Origin: Pseudobacter ginsenosidimutans | GTDB taxonomy: Bacteria; Bacteroidota; Bacteroidia; Chitinophagales; Chitinophagaceae | DNA length: 64,000 nucleotides | Reading direction: 5' to 3' | NCBI RefSeq assembly: GCF_007970185.1 | Contig: NZ_CP042431.1 | Location: forward strand, 6,429,342 to 6,493,341 | In this document: in pieces, positions 19,734 to 29,282 of the stretch | Numbering within the stretch: position 1 is the first letter of the stretch | How the letters are laid out: each line of letters opens with the position of its first letter | The notes under the pieces: model-generated | Seen by the model: the letters and a program-made list of their open reading frames with translations, nothing else | Databases searched by the model: none | What the model was told of the DNA's origin: nothing | Position numbers and translations under genes: made by a program

Positions 19734-21329
19734 ATGAGACAAAGAGCATATCTATATGTCCGGGTGAGTACCGACGAACAGGCTGATAAAGGCTACAGCC
19801 AAAAACATCAGGACGAACAACTGCGCAAACATTGTGAAGCGCACCAGATCGATATTGCAGGCGTTTATTGGGAAGACTACTCAGGCAAAACCTTTAACCG
19901 GCCTGAATTCAATAAATTCCTGAATTATATCAAGCAACATAAACGATCAGCCAACCTGTTGTTGTTTTTGAAGTGGGATCGGTTTTCACGGAATGTTGCT
20001 GAATCATATTCCATGATCCATCAGTTAGGCAAACTAGGAATTGAACCGCAGGCCATCGAGCAGCCATTGGATATGAGTATCCCTGAAAGCAAGATCATGT
20101 TGGCCATCTACCTGGCTGCTCCTGAAGTTGAAAATGATCGGAGGGCATTGAACGTGATCGCAGGAATGCGCAAAGCCATGAAAGAGGGCAGGCATGTGAA
20201 CATGGCACCGCGTGGATATCGTAATGTCCGGGATGAGCAGAACCGCCCAACCATTGAACCCAACAAAGATGCACCGATAATCCGGTGGGTATTTGAAGAG
20301 GCATCCAAAGGGCTTTGCCCAATCATTGAACTCTGGAGAATGGCCCGCAGAAAAGGATTGAAAATTGGGAAAAGCCAATTATGGAACTTGTTGCGAAATC
20401 CGTTTTATTATGGAGTACTGCTAGTGCCAGCATACAAGAAAGAACCTGCTATGTATGTGAAAGCAGTCCACGAGCCTTTGATCTCTGAAACCTTGTTCAA
20501 AGACGTTCAGGATGTATTGAATGGCCGAAAAAGAAAAATACGGTCACACACGCATGGCATGAAAGAGCAGTTTCCATTACGTGGCTTCGTGATCTGTTCA
20601 TTGTGCGGAAAGATTCTTACTGCAAGTACATCGAAGGGAAATGGCGGGCATTACCACTATTATCATTGCACGAAAGGATGCCCGTCCAGGATCAAAGCAG
20701 ATGACATAAACGATAAATTCATTCAGGAACTACAAAAAATCAAAACAAACCAGAATTCGCAGGAGTATCACGCGGCAGTTATCAGGAAGGCTCTGAGCAT
20801 CGATGAGAAGGACCACTCAAAAAGGGTTACTGAACTTCAGGCGGAAATTGAAAAGCGAAAAGAAGCAATCAATAAAGCCCGTAAGAAAGTATTAGAAGGC
20901 ATTTGGGAAGATGAAGATTTTATCGAAACGAAGAAACAATACCAGCCAGAGATTGAAAGAATGGAAAGGGAACTAGCCAATATAGGCGATACAGATTCCT
21001 CCTTAGAAGATGAGATTGCCTTCTGTACACAATTCATCGCCAATCTCCCTGAGTACTACCTGCAATCAGACCTCATTGCGCATCGCCAGATCATTGGTTC
21101 GATTTACCCCGAAAATTTCACTTTTTCAAAAAATGGAATTCGAACCAATCGCCTTCACGCAGCCATTGAGCTGATATACAGATCCGGCGCGGATTCTCAT
21201 GACCCAGAAAATAAAAAAGCCTCCGAAAATGGAGGCTTTTCCAATGTGGTGAACCGGATTGGATTCGAACCAATGACCTGCTGCTTAGAAGGCAGCTGCT
21301 CTATCCAGCTGAGCTACCGGTCCTGCTGA
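19734..21329 (+). CDS. Large serine recombinase (integrase). The annotated ORF has no stop before the tRNA and runs antisense through tRNA-Arg.
   Basis: N-terminal resolvase catalytic motif AYLYVRVSTDEQ. A recombinase domain and a zinc-ribbon (CSLCGK...HYHYYHC) follow, with a coiled-coil C-terminus. Confidence 0.8.
   Translation: MRQRAYLYVRVSTDEQADKGYSQKHQDEQLRKHCEAHQIDIAGVYWEDYSGKTFNRPEFNKFLNYIKQHKRSANLLLFLKWDRFSRNVAESYSMIHQLGKLGIEPQAIEQPLDMSIPESKIMLAIYLAAPEVENDRRALNVIAGMRKAMKEGRHVNMAPRGYRNVRDEQNRPTIEPNKDAPIIRWVFEEASKGLCPIIELWRMARRKGLKIGKSQLWNLLRNPFYYGVLLVPAYKKEPAMYVKAVHEPLISETLFKDVQDVLNGRKRKIRSHTHGMKEQFPLRGFVICSLCGKILTASTSKGNGGHYHYYHCTKGCPSRIKADDINDKFIQELQKIKTNQNSQEYHAAVIRKALSIDEKDHSKRVTELQAEIEKRKEAINKARKKVLEGIWEDEDFIETKKQYQPEIERMERELANIGDTDSSLEDEIAFCTQFIANLPEYYLQSDLIAHRQIIGSIYPENFTFSKNGIRTNRLHAAIELIYRSGADSHDPENKKASENGGFSNVVNRIGFEPMTCCLEGSCSIQLSYRSC
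21247..21323 (-). tRNA. tRNA-Arg (anticodon TCT), 77 nt, with CCA encoded.
   Basis: Manual cloverleaf: acceptor GGACCGG/CCGGTTC, D-arm GCTC-AGCTGGATA-GAGC, anticodon stem GCTGC/GCAGC, loop CTTCTAA, T-arm ATTGG-TTCGAAT-CCAAT, discriminator A. Confidence 0.85.
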
Positions 21330-21420
21330 GGGCTGCAAAAGTAATGAATCCTCAACAAGTTAACAACTCAAATTGAAAATTCCTGCCTAAATTTTAGGTG
21401 GTACTATTTTTGCAGTTCAT

Positions 21421-21831
21421 TTGGTTAAATTCCTGGAAATGAAAGAAAACCTGAATTTCTTATTCGAGATCCCAGTGAAAATGATGGAAAGAGCTATAAA
21501 GTTCTATGAATCGGTTTTCAATATCAAATTATCCAGAAAAATGCTGGATTTCCCCACCGGATCTGTAGATATGGCCAGTTTCCCGGAGTCTGACGAGCAA
21601 CCCGGCCTCAATGGAGCCCTGATCCACCAGCCAAAAACGATGGTCACTCCCGGAGATGCGATGGTTTATCTCAATTCCCGGCTAAATAATATTGACCAGG
21701 AACTTGCACGTGTAGTAAAGGAAGGTGGGGTGATTCTTACCCCAAAAACATTTGTTTCAAAAGTGATTGGTTATATGGCCACTTTTATCGACTCTGAGGG
21801 AAATAAAGTATCACTCCTATCTAAAAAATAA
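21421..21831 (+). CDS. VOC / glyoxalase-bleomycin-resistance family protein. The start is likely at 21439.
   Basis: The size and the pattern of small beta-alpha-beta repeats fit the VOC family. Weak motif support. Confidence 0.4.
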   Translation: MVKFLEMKENLNFLFEIPVKMMERAIKFYESVFNIKLSRKMLDFPTGSVDMASFPESDEQPGLNGALIHQPKTMVTPGDAMVYLNSRLNNIDQELARVVKEGGVILTPKTFVSKVIGYMATFIDSEGNKVSLLSKK

Positions 21832-21852
21832 GTTATAACAAATATGTCAATA

Positions 21853-21886
21853 AAAAATCCCTGATTAAGTTCAGGGATTTTTTATT
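21853..21886. terminator. Bidirectional rho-independent terminator.
   Basis: aaaaaatccctgattaagttcagggatttttt. Confidence 0.6.
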
Positions 21887-21910
21887 GCTCTTATCTCCCC
21901 TTTTATAATT

Positions 21911-22540
21911 TCACATCAACAACAAACTGATCATCGCCTCCTGTCCTCCCCGTTCCACTTTCACCTCATGAAGCTCTTTACAATCCGGCAATAATCTCTC
22001 AATAAATGGTTTCGCCATTAATCGCTGAGGAGTGGTTAACAATATTGTTGTACCCTGCTGAAAAAATTTCTGTAATACCTGGTAAAGCCGGTCAAACTGC
22101 CCGGGATCGTAATTGATATCGCTCAGCAACAAAACATCCGTTGAAAGCCCCTCCGGCAGCTGATTCCAATCAAGTAATCTGCAGGTAACATTAGATAACT
22201 GTAAATGCTTTGCCGATCTATCCATTGTGATCACCGCTTCTTCCAGATAATCTGAGCAACAAACGGATTTTGCATATGGTGCAGATACAAAACCTGGCAA
22301 TCCCAATCCGGCTGCCAGTTCCAGCACATGCTTGTTTTCTACTATTGCAGAATGCTGATGAATGAAATCCGCCATCGCGAGTGATGAGGGCCATAACCTG
22401 GTCCAATGCGGGAAAGGGATATTATCCTGCGTTTTCTTTTGCTGAAAATAACTTTCCTGTACTTCCTGTGCATCGGGTACAAACAATTCAACCGAATAAC
22501 CCGGTCTCACAATATGCTTTAATTGCAACGTAACTGACAT
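21911..22540 (-). CDS. Class I SAM-dependent methyltransferase (Methyltransf_16-like).
   Basis: Motif I VLELAAGLGLPG, followed by an acidic residue. Confidence 0.55.
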   Translation of the reverse strand: MSVTLQLKHIVRPGYSVELFVPDAQEVQESYFQQKKTQDNIPFPHWTRLWPSSLAMADFIHQHSAIVENKHVLELAAGLGLPGFVSAPYAKSVCCSDYLEEAVITMDRSAKHLQLSNVTCRLLDWNQLPEGLSTDVLLLSDINYDPGQFDRLYQVLQKFFQQGTTILLTTPQRLMAKPFIERLLPDCKELHEVKVERGGQEAMISLLLM

Positions 22541-22655
22541 GAAGGCTCAAAGTAAATAATTTTTGCCTTTTGAATACCTGGCAGAAATGTAATTATGGAA
22601 TTCGATATCACCTGATGACTGTTTTCATTATTTTAGTATTGCTTATTCATAAAAT

Positions 22656-24464
22656 ATGAAACTGATCATAACCACTCTCCTGCTTTCATTGCTTTTGACT
22701 TCAAACATGATATCCGCTCAGCCCGGAAGTACAAGGGAAGAACGCGTGAAATGGTTTACAGACGCGCGCTTCGGGATGTTCATCCATTGGGGCCTGTACA
22801 GCGGGGCCGAAGGCATCTGGAAAGGAGAACGCCTGAGGAACGGTAATAACTATGCGGAATGGATCCGTTACCGCAACCGTATATCCAGGGAAGAATATGG
22901 AACGCTGACCAGCCGGTTCAACTGGAACAAAATCAACCCCGAAGAATGGGTCTTACTGGCAAAGAAGGCTGGCATGAAATACATCATCATCACTGCCAAA
23001 CACCACGACGGCGTTGCCATCTGGAATTCAAAAATCAGTGATTACAATCTCAGCAAACTATGCAATACCGATCGGGATGTTATTAAAGAACTGTCAAGTG
23101 CCTGCAGGAAACATGGCATCAAACTGGCATTCTATTATTCGCATTGGCTGGACTGGGAACACCCCTATGGTTGGGATCATAACCAGGAAATCACAGGTAA
23201 AGTAACAGATGAACAATACAACCGGTACTGGCAGGAAAAAGTATTACCTCAGCTACGTGAACTACTGACCAATTACGGCGATATCGCCATGCTCTGGTTC
23301 GATATGTGGGTTGATCACAAAACCACCATCGTAAAAAAGGAACAACTGGAACAGGTGATCAAACTGATAAGAGAATTGCAGCCCAATTGCCTAATCAATT
23401 CCCGGCTGGGCCTCACAGTGAGTAATACCGATATCGATTTTGAAACGATGGGCGACAACCAGTTTGGCGCCTACTATCAAAACTACGCCTGGGAAACATC
23501 AGGCACTATCGCCCACAGCTGGGGTTACAATGCACTGGAAAACCAATGGAAATCCACCAGCCAATTATTACAATCCCTGATCGATAATGTAAGCCTCAAC
23601 GGAGGATTCACACTGAATATCGGCCCGCGTGCTGACGGTTCTGTGCCCTATGAAGGGATCAGAAGGCTGAATGATATGGGGACCTGGCTTTCGAAACAGG
23701 GAGAATCGATCTATGGGAGTTCAGGATTACCATTACGTCCTGGTCAAAACGACTGGGGACGGATCACTACCAAAAAGATCGATGCCAGCAGGCAAAGCGT
23801 TTTCCTGCAGGTGTACAACTGGCCGCTCGATCATGTGTTGAGACTCACCGGCATTCTCTCCGCACCACAGCGCATTGAACTGATCACGCAAGCAGGAAAA
23901 CTGCCGTTGAAGTTTAGCCAAAACGGCCCACTGACACATATTCAATTGCCGGATAATCCTGGCAATCCTTTTGTTTCAACTATCGTTGTTCACTATGCGC
24001 AGCCTCTTAATTTGGATGCACAGGTTGTGGCAGAATCCAGTTTCGGAGGCTTCTCATTAAATGGAAGAAACAACAGCGATAGCTCTTCAAAATATGAGCT
24101 CAAACCTTATGATGGCGTGCGCCCGGCGCATTTCGTGATCGATAAACCAGGACAACTAACCTGGAAGTTCTATGCTCCCGAAGCCGGAAAATACAAGTTT
24201 GATCTTTCCTTTCATAACGCAGCAAGGAACGATATTGAATGCACTGTAACCGTACTGGACCAAACCCTTCACCAGCAATTGAAACCCAGCGGCCAGGTTG
24301 TGGTAGAACCGCATGATTACAATACTGATGAGTTTGTGAATACAAGGATGGGCAATATCGATATTCCGAAAAAAGGATATTATGAGTTGACTATAAGATT
24401 CAATCCAAAAGCCCGCGAAACCTTGTTTTTTAATAGTATCTGGATCAACAAAGCAGAAAAGTGA
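22656..24464 (+). CDS. Alpha-L-fucosidase (GH29) with a C-terminal carbohydrate-binding-like domain. Secreted.
   Basis: Signal peptide. GH29 signatures FGMFIHWGLYS, KYIIITAKHHDGVAIWNS and WFDMW. Confidence 0.85.
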   Translation: MKLIITTLLLSLLLTSNMISAQPGSTREERVKWFTDARFGMFIHWGLYSGAEGIWKGERLRNGNNYAEWIRYRNRISREEYGTLTSRFNWNKINPEEWVLLAKKAGMKYIIITAKHHDGVAIWNSKISDYNLSKLCNTDRDVIKELSSACRKHGIKLAFYYSHWLDWEHPYGWDHNQEITGKVTDEQYNRYWQEKVLPQLRELLTNYGDIAMLWFDMWVDHKTTIVKKEQLEQVIKLIRELQPNCLINSRLGLTVSNTDIDFETMGDNQFGAYYQNYAWETSGTIAHSWGYNALENQWKSTSQLLQSLIDNVSLNGGFTLNIGPRADGSVPYEGIRRLNDMGTWLSKQGESIYGSSGLPLRPGQNDWGRITTKKIDASRQSVFLQVYNWPLDHVLRLTGILSAPQRIELITQAGKLPLKFSQNGPLTHIQLPDNPGNPFVSTIVVHYAQPLNLDAQVVAESSFGGFSLNGRNNSDSSSKYELKPYDGVRPAHFVIDKPGQLTWKFYAPEAGKYKFDLSFHNAARNDIECTVTVLDQTLHQQLKPSGQVVVEPHDYNTDEFVNTRMGNIDIPKKGYYELTIRFNPKARETLFFNSIWINKAEK

Positions 24465-24498
24465 TTAAACCCATCGCTGATTATGGTAAATCCGGCGA

Positions 24499-25251
24499 TC
24501 AGAACTTGATCTGCAATTTGTGTGAAACAAGCTTACTGTCTTTGTAGTATTCGTATAACCACTCTTCATTTTTCCTGAACACAACACCGCTGGTGGGTCC
24601 ATCTACAGCAATGTAAAAATCCTGTACTGAAGTTTTGAAAAGCGATAATACTTTTTTGGGAGTAGTATCAATCAACTGATATCCATTGGGAGTAGCCTGC
24701 GCGTACAACACGCCGGTGGCTTCAGTTACAGAAGGCGTTGTTGGAACCGGAGCAGGCGCCTGCGCCGGAGCTGCAGGTGTGGTGGCAGGAATAACAGTCT
24801 GCTGTGGTTGAGCAAAAGTAGTTCCATCATATTTGTACTGAACATCATTGAACGATGTAAAAGCATCTCTCAAAGCCATTTCATAAGCAGGTTGAAATTC
24901 CTTTTCCCGGCTGTTCCCCTCTTTACTTTTGAAAAGGACATTTCCCTGGCAGTCTTTCAACGTGATGGTAAGCCTGGTTGCGAACAAACCTTTTCTTTCA
25001 GTCACTTCCGCATTGAGCGCGCTGCACTTGTTGGCAGCTACCTCTGCCGGCATGTTTTCATTTGCCACGAAAGCAGAAAAACCTTTCTCCTCCAATAACA
25101 ATTTCGCCAGTGTATTTAAACCGTATTGGTTCTCTTCTTTGGAGAAACTGAACTTTGAAGGCACAATCACATATTTGTAATTGTTGAGGGAGTTCTGCGC
25201 GTAAGTAGTAACGGTAAAGAAAACTAAAATGAGTAGTGCGGATGCTTTCAT
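24499..25251 (-). CDS. Secreted hypothetical protein with a Pro/Ala/Thr-rich linker.
   Basis: Signal peptide MKASALLILVFFTVTTYAQ. The start was chosen at the internal Met. Confidence 0.4.
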   Translation of the reverse strand: MKASALLILVFFTVTTYAQNSLNNYKYVIVPSKFSFSKEENQYGLNTLAKLLLEEKGFSAFVANENMPAEVAANKCSALNAEVTERKGLFATRLTITLKDCQGNVLFKSKEGNSREKEFQPAYEMALRDAFTSFNDVQYKYDGTTFAQPQQTVIPATTPAAPAQAPAPVPTTPSVTEATGVLYAQATPNGYQLIDTTPKKVLSLFKTSVQDFYIAVDGPTSGVVFRKNEEWLYEYYKDSKLVSHKLQIKF

Positions 25252-25331
25252 AAAATTTCTTGCTTCAGGATTACAATTTATACCCGAGAAAGTTACGAAA
25301 ATAAATGAATCCATTTTTCTATATTTAATAA

Positions 25332-26816
25332 ATGGAAAAGATCACACCCGCTGACATTCGATATCCAGACCTTGCTTCTAAAAGATTCAATAAAAGATTC
25401 AGCGGAAAACCAGACCACATCTACCTTCCATCTTCAGTGGATGATGTATTGGAAGCCGTTCAGGATGCAGTGGACAACAAGCTGAGGCTGGTGGTTCGCA
25501 GTGGTGGCCATTGCCTGGAAGGGTTTGTATCGGATCCTGCAGTGCAGGTGATCATGGACATGTGTCTTATGACGAATATCTATTACGATGCAACAAAATC
25601 GGCCATTGCCGTGGAAGCCGGTGCAACCGTTGGCGAGATGTACCGCAGGCTGTTCCTTAAATGGGGGCTTTTTCTGCCAGCAGGAGAATATCCAGGTATC
25701 GGTATGGGTGGACATATCCCCGGCGGCGCATTCGGCTTTTTTTGCCGTGAATATGGTTTGGCAGCAGATCATCTGTATGGAATAGAACTGGTCACCGTTG
25801 ATACATCAGGGAAAGCCAACTGCATTACTGCTACCAGGGAGGTAAACGATCCCAACCGCGAACTTTGGTGGGCGCATACCGGAGGCGGCGCAGGAAACTT
25901 TGGTGTAGTAACGAAGTTTTGGTTCAGATCCCCTGAAGCGGTGGGCGCTGACCCCGCTTCAGTTTTGCCAAAGGCTCCGGCTTCGGTTACCACCTTCCGC
26001 TTAGGCTGGGACTGGAAGCAGTTTGATGAAAAATCATTCTCATCGCTGGTGAAGAATTTCGGCAACTGGTGCCAGCAAAACAGTGATGTCAATTCGCCTT
26101 TTGCGAAATTGTTCAGTTTATTATTCCTGAATCACCGTCAACTGGGAAGGATAGAAATAAAAGGTGTCTGTACCGGCCCCAATGCGAAGGTGCTCATCAA
26201 CCAACACCTGGCGGATATTGCCACTCCCCTTGACCTTGAGCATTCGATTAAAATCGATGAATGCTCCTGGCTTCAATTTGCGCTCAACCCTTTTCCTGAA
26301 TTGTTCCAACCTGGATTCGAAAATGTAAAAGCAAAAGCTAAGGACGCTTTCCTTCGTCAGGCCTTTTCTGATGATCAGATCGCAACGGCCTGGAAATTTC
26401 TGACCACAGAAACATTTATCGGAGGCATGCTCGGCATGGCCACTTATGGTGGAAAAGTGAACACAATTGCGCCTGATGCCACAGCATCTTTTCAGCGGAA
26501 CTGCATTCTCGACATTGCCTGTAATGCAGGCTGGGTCGATGCTGCAGGTGAAGCCGCTACCCTGCCCTGGGTTCGCGGTTTCTACCAGGAACTTTTTGCC
26601 GCTTCAGGTGGCGTTCCTGCTCCCAACGAAAAAAATGGCGGCTGTATGATCAATCATCCGGACACAGACCTGGCGGATCCTGAATTGAACAAGTCCGGCG
26701 TGCCCTGGCATACACTTTATTACCAGGACAATTATCCGCGATTACAAAATGTAAAAATGAAATGGGACCCGTTAAATATTTTCCATCATGCATTATCCAT
26801 AGAGGCGAAAAAATAA
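25332..26816 (+). CDS. FAD-linked oxidoreductase (FAD_binding_4 with a C-terminal berberine-bridge-like domain).
   Basis: RSGGHCLEGF. The C-terminal BBE-like segment is YQDNYPRLQNVKMKWDPLNIFHHALSI. Confidence 0.75.
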   Translation: MEKITPADIRYPDLASKRFNKRFSGKPDHIYLPSSVDDVLEAVQDAVDNKLRLVVRSGGHCLEGFVSDPAVQVIMDMCLMTNIYYDATKSAIAVEAGATVGEMYRRLFLKWGLFLPAGEYPGIGMGGHIPGGAFGFFCREYGLAADHLYGIELVTVDTSGKANCITATREVNDPNRELWWAHTGGGAGNFGVVTKFWFRSPEAVGADPASVLPKAPASVTTFRLGWDWKQFDEKSFSSLVKNFGNWCQQNSDVNSPFAKLFSLLFLNHRQLGRIEIKGVCTGPNAKVLINQHLADIATPLDLEHSIKIDECSWLQFALNPFPELFQPGFENVKAKAKDAFLRQAFSDDQIATAWKFLTTETFIGGMLGMATYGGKVNTIAPDATASFQRNCILDIACNAGWVDAAGEAATLPWVRGFYQELFAASGGVPAPNEKNGGCMINHPDTDLADPELNKSGVPWHTLYYQDNYPRLQNVKMKWDPLNIFHHALSIEAKK

Positions 26817-26819
26817 CAG

Positions 26820-27644
26820 CTATCCTTTATTCAAAGTTCTCAACGCTTTCCTGATTATCTTTTCTGTATTCTTGTCTGCAGATTCACTCTGCCATCTTTC
26901 GCAGAGATGTTCAACAAAATCAGGACTTGTTTTACTGGCATCATTCAACCAGTTTCCAACACTGCCCTGAACATATTTTGAGGGATCAGCTTTTAGCTTT
27001 TCCAATACCGGCAGGGCCAGTTCAGGTTCTGTTTTCAATCTTTCGATGTGTTTGCACCAAACTCCCCTTGGGCGTATGGACTCGGTTGTGAACCGCCTGA
27101 TATTTTCATCCTTACTGGAAGTCCATCCACTCAGGATTTCAATAGCCTGTTCCAGGTTCAGGTCTATTTCAGGGCGCAATGCCATCCATACGATTTCGCG
27201 AACGCCAAAATGTTTATCTGCCACCAAAGCCTGCGCCTGATGGAGTTTCTGGCTTATCGAAAGCTGCTGGTCAAGCCCGGTCAGAAAAGGCGCATAACAA
27301 CGTATACTGTCCGATGTATGATGGGTCAATATTTCCCTGGCGGTATCTAATTCTTTCTTCCCCTGCAGATAATCATACAGTGATGCGCCTACCAGTCTGA
27401 TCGTGTTCATGGTGGTAGGTGCTTTTTGCTTTTTTATCTTTTCTATGAGTTGTGAAGAGACATTTTCTGGTATAACGATATGGGTCAGATTGTTGTTGAT
27501 CAATTCCACATGATCAACCGCCAGCCACTCAGTCAGGTTCACTGTTTCGATCTTTCCATGGTTCAGCAGGTCCAGTACCTCGTCGGGAATATCCATCACT
27601 TTTCTTGCGCCTTTTCTGTTCAGAATTTCCTGTTTCATAATCAT
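26820..27644 (-). CDS. HEAT-repeat DNA alkylation repair-like protein (AlkD/AlkC family). The start was trimmed to avoid the tRNA.
   Basis: Helical-repeat composition and a family-like length. The longest ORF overlaps the tRNA, so the internal Met MIMKQEIL was chosen. Confidence 0.4.
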   Translation of the reverse strand: MIMKQEILNRKGARKVMDIPDEVLDLLNHGKIETVNLTEWLAVDHVELINNNLTHIVIPENVSSQLIEKIKKQKAPTTMNTIRLVGASLYDYLQGKKELDTAREILTHHTSDSIRCYAPFLTGLDQQLSISQKLHQAQALVADKHFGVREIVWMALRPEIDLNLEQAIEILSGWTSSKDENIRRFTTESIRPRGVWCKHIERLKTEPELALPVLEKLKADPSKYVQGSVGNWLNDASKTSPDFVEHLCERWQSESADKNTEKIIRKALRTLNKG

Positions 27645-27664
27645 AAAGTTAAGGAATGCAACTG

Positions 27665-27738
27665 TTGATGCTATCGGATTTGAACCGATGACCTTGTGCG
27701 TATAAGGCACCTGCTCTAACCCACTGAGCTAAGCATCA
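27665..27738 (-). tRNA. tRNA with an apparent anticodon TAT (Ile, reading AUA). 74 nt, CCA not encoded.
   Basis: Manual fold: acceptor TGATGCT/AGCATCA (U1-A72), D-arm GCTC/GAGC, anticodon stem GGTGC/GCACA with one mismatch, loop CTTATAC, T-arm ATCGG-TTCAAAT-CCGAT. Confidence 0.6.
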
Positions 27739-27794
27739 ATGGAGAGATCAACCTGTGGAAACGAAAGCAGCAATGAGAGCTAAAAAAGCAAAGC

Positions 27795-27822
27795 CCCCGT
27801 GCTGTTTTTGCTCCGGGGGCTA
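27795..27822 (-). terminator. Hairpin terminator downstream of the MFS gene.
   Basis: gcccccgtgctgtttttgctccgggggc. Confidence 0.4.
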
Positions 27823-27963
27823 ATCTCTTGTATAAACCATATGTTCATAGCAACTATGATCAATCACCCGAAAGCCGCAGGCTTCCTATGACATGAACAA
27901 TTGCTATGTAGTTAAATAAATTCATTGTTGTTTGTGCAGCGAAGATACTAAGTTTTTGAGATA

Positions 27964-29282
27964 TTATTCTTCATTGATCCTGGAAGTCTTCTTCGTATCC
28001 TTCATCCATAAATAAACCGTCAGCGAAATTGCAATACAACCGGTAATATACCAGTAGAAATAATTCTCATGTCCGGCTTTCTTCAACCAGAGTGCAATGT
28101 ACTCTGCACTGCCACCAAAGATCGCTACGGTCAGTCCATAAGGCAGTCCCACTCCCAGGGCACGAACTTCAGCGGGAAAGAGCTCTGCCTTTACAATGGC
28201 GTTGATACTCGTATATCCACTAACAATCACCAGCGCAACCATGATCAGTAGAAAGGCCACTACACTGGAGTCCGTTCTGCTAAGCGCTTCCAGCAAGGGC
28301 ACGGTGAAAAGTACGCCCAGTACGCCAAACCCGATCAGCAGCGGCTTACGGCCGATCCTGTCAGACAATCCTCCCAGAACCGGTTGCAATAATGCAAACA
28401 GTAAAAGTGTAATAAAAGAAATATTGGTGGATTGCTCCTTGGAAAGCTGCACCGTATTCACCAGGAATTTCTGCATATAGGTGGTATAAGTATAGAAGGC
28501 CAGTGTACCCCCAGCGTTAGTCCAACAACAGTTAGCACAGCGCGTGGATGCCTGAGCAGTTCACGGATGGATCCTTTCTTTGCAGTGCTGGTTTGTTTTT
28601 GCGATTCGAAGCTGGGTGTTTCATGGAGATTGGAACGCAGGTAGAGCGCCACTACAGACAGCACGGCGCCGATGGCGAAAGGGATCCTCCAGCCCCATTC
28701 ATGAAGTTGCTTATCCGTGAGCAGGAATTTCTGTAAGATGATCTGAATACCCAGGGCTATCAGCTGTCCGCCAATCAGCGTCACATATTGAAAACTGGAA
28801 TAAAAACCACGCCTGTTCCTGCTGGCCATCTCACTCAGATAGGTAGCCGAAACACCGTATTCACCGCCAACGCTCAATCCCTGGAGCAGCCTGGCCAGCA
28901 GCAGGATCACCGGTGCCATAATGCCGATCTGCGCATACGTTGGCGTAAAAGTGATCAGCAATGATCCGAATGACATTAATAGTACAGACCATGTCATTGA
29001 AACTTTACGGCCTTTTTTGTCTGCCAGCATACCGAATAGCCAACCACCGATCGGGCGCATCAGGAACCCCAATGCAAATACGCCGGCAGTGTTCAGCAAT
29101 TGGGCCGTTGCATTGCCCGTAGGGAAAAAAGAAGATGAAAAATATAATGCAAAAGCGGAATAAGCATACCAGTCGTACCACTCCACCAGGTTGCCGATAG
29201 TGCCCCCGATGATGGCTTTCAACCTTGAGCCTGAAATTTTTTCCTGATGGGACATAATGTTTTCTTGATTGCGGGAAATCAT
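27964..29282 (-). pseudogene. MFS transporter (KgtP/ProP-like metabolite:H+ symporter) interrupted by a -1 frameshift in a C5/G5 homopolymer at 28508-28512.
   Basis: Two overlapping ORFs (28458-29282 and 27964-28476) encode the N- and C-halves of one MFS protein. A shift of one base in the ggggg run restores ...[21 protein letters not shown]. Motifs GWLFG..DKKGRK and WRIPF are present. Confidence 0.7.

Larger units (their letters stand above)
6180..21323. mobile_element. Integrated genomic island at tRNA-Arg(TCT). It carries a large serine recombinase, an excisionase-like gene and defense cargo. Older remnants probably extend the island left to R2/R1.
   Basis: The tRNA gene is at one end. 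Direct repeats of its 3' end lie 15 kb away. A recombinase and a Xis-like gene abut the tRNA. The AT-rich composition of the cargo contrasts with the flanks. Confidence 0.6.

Noticed and set aside
19487-19786. 99 aa ORF overlapping the start of the recombinase gene by about 50 nt.
   Set aside because: It has no motif, and the overlap with a strong CDS makes it doubtful. It could still be a small RDF-like protein, but the evidence is too weak to call it.
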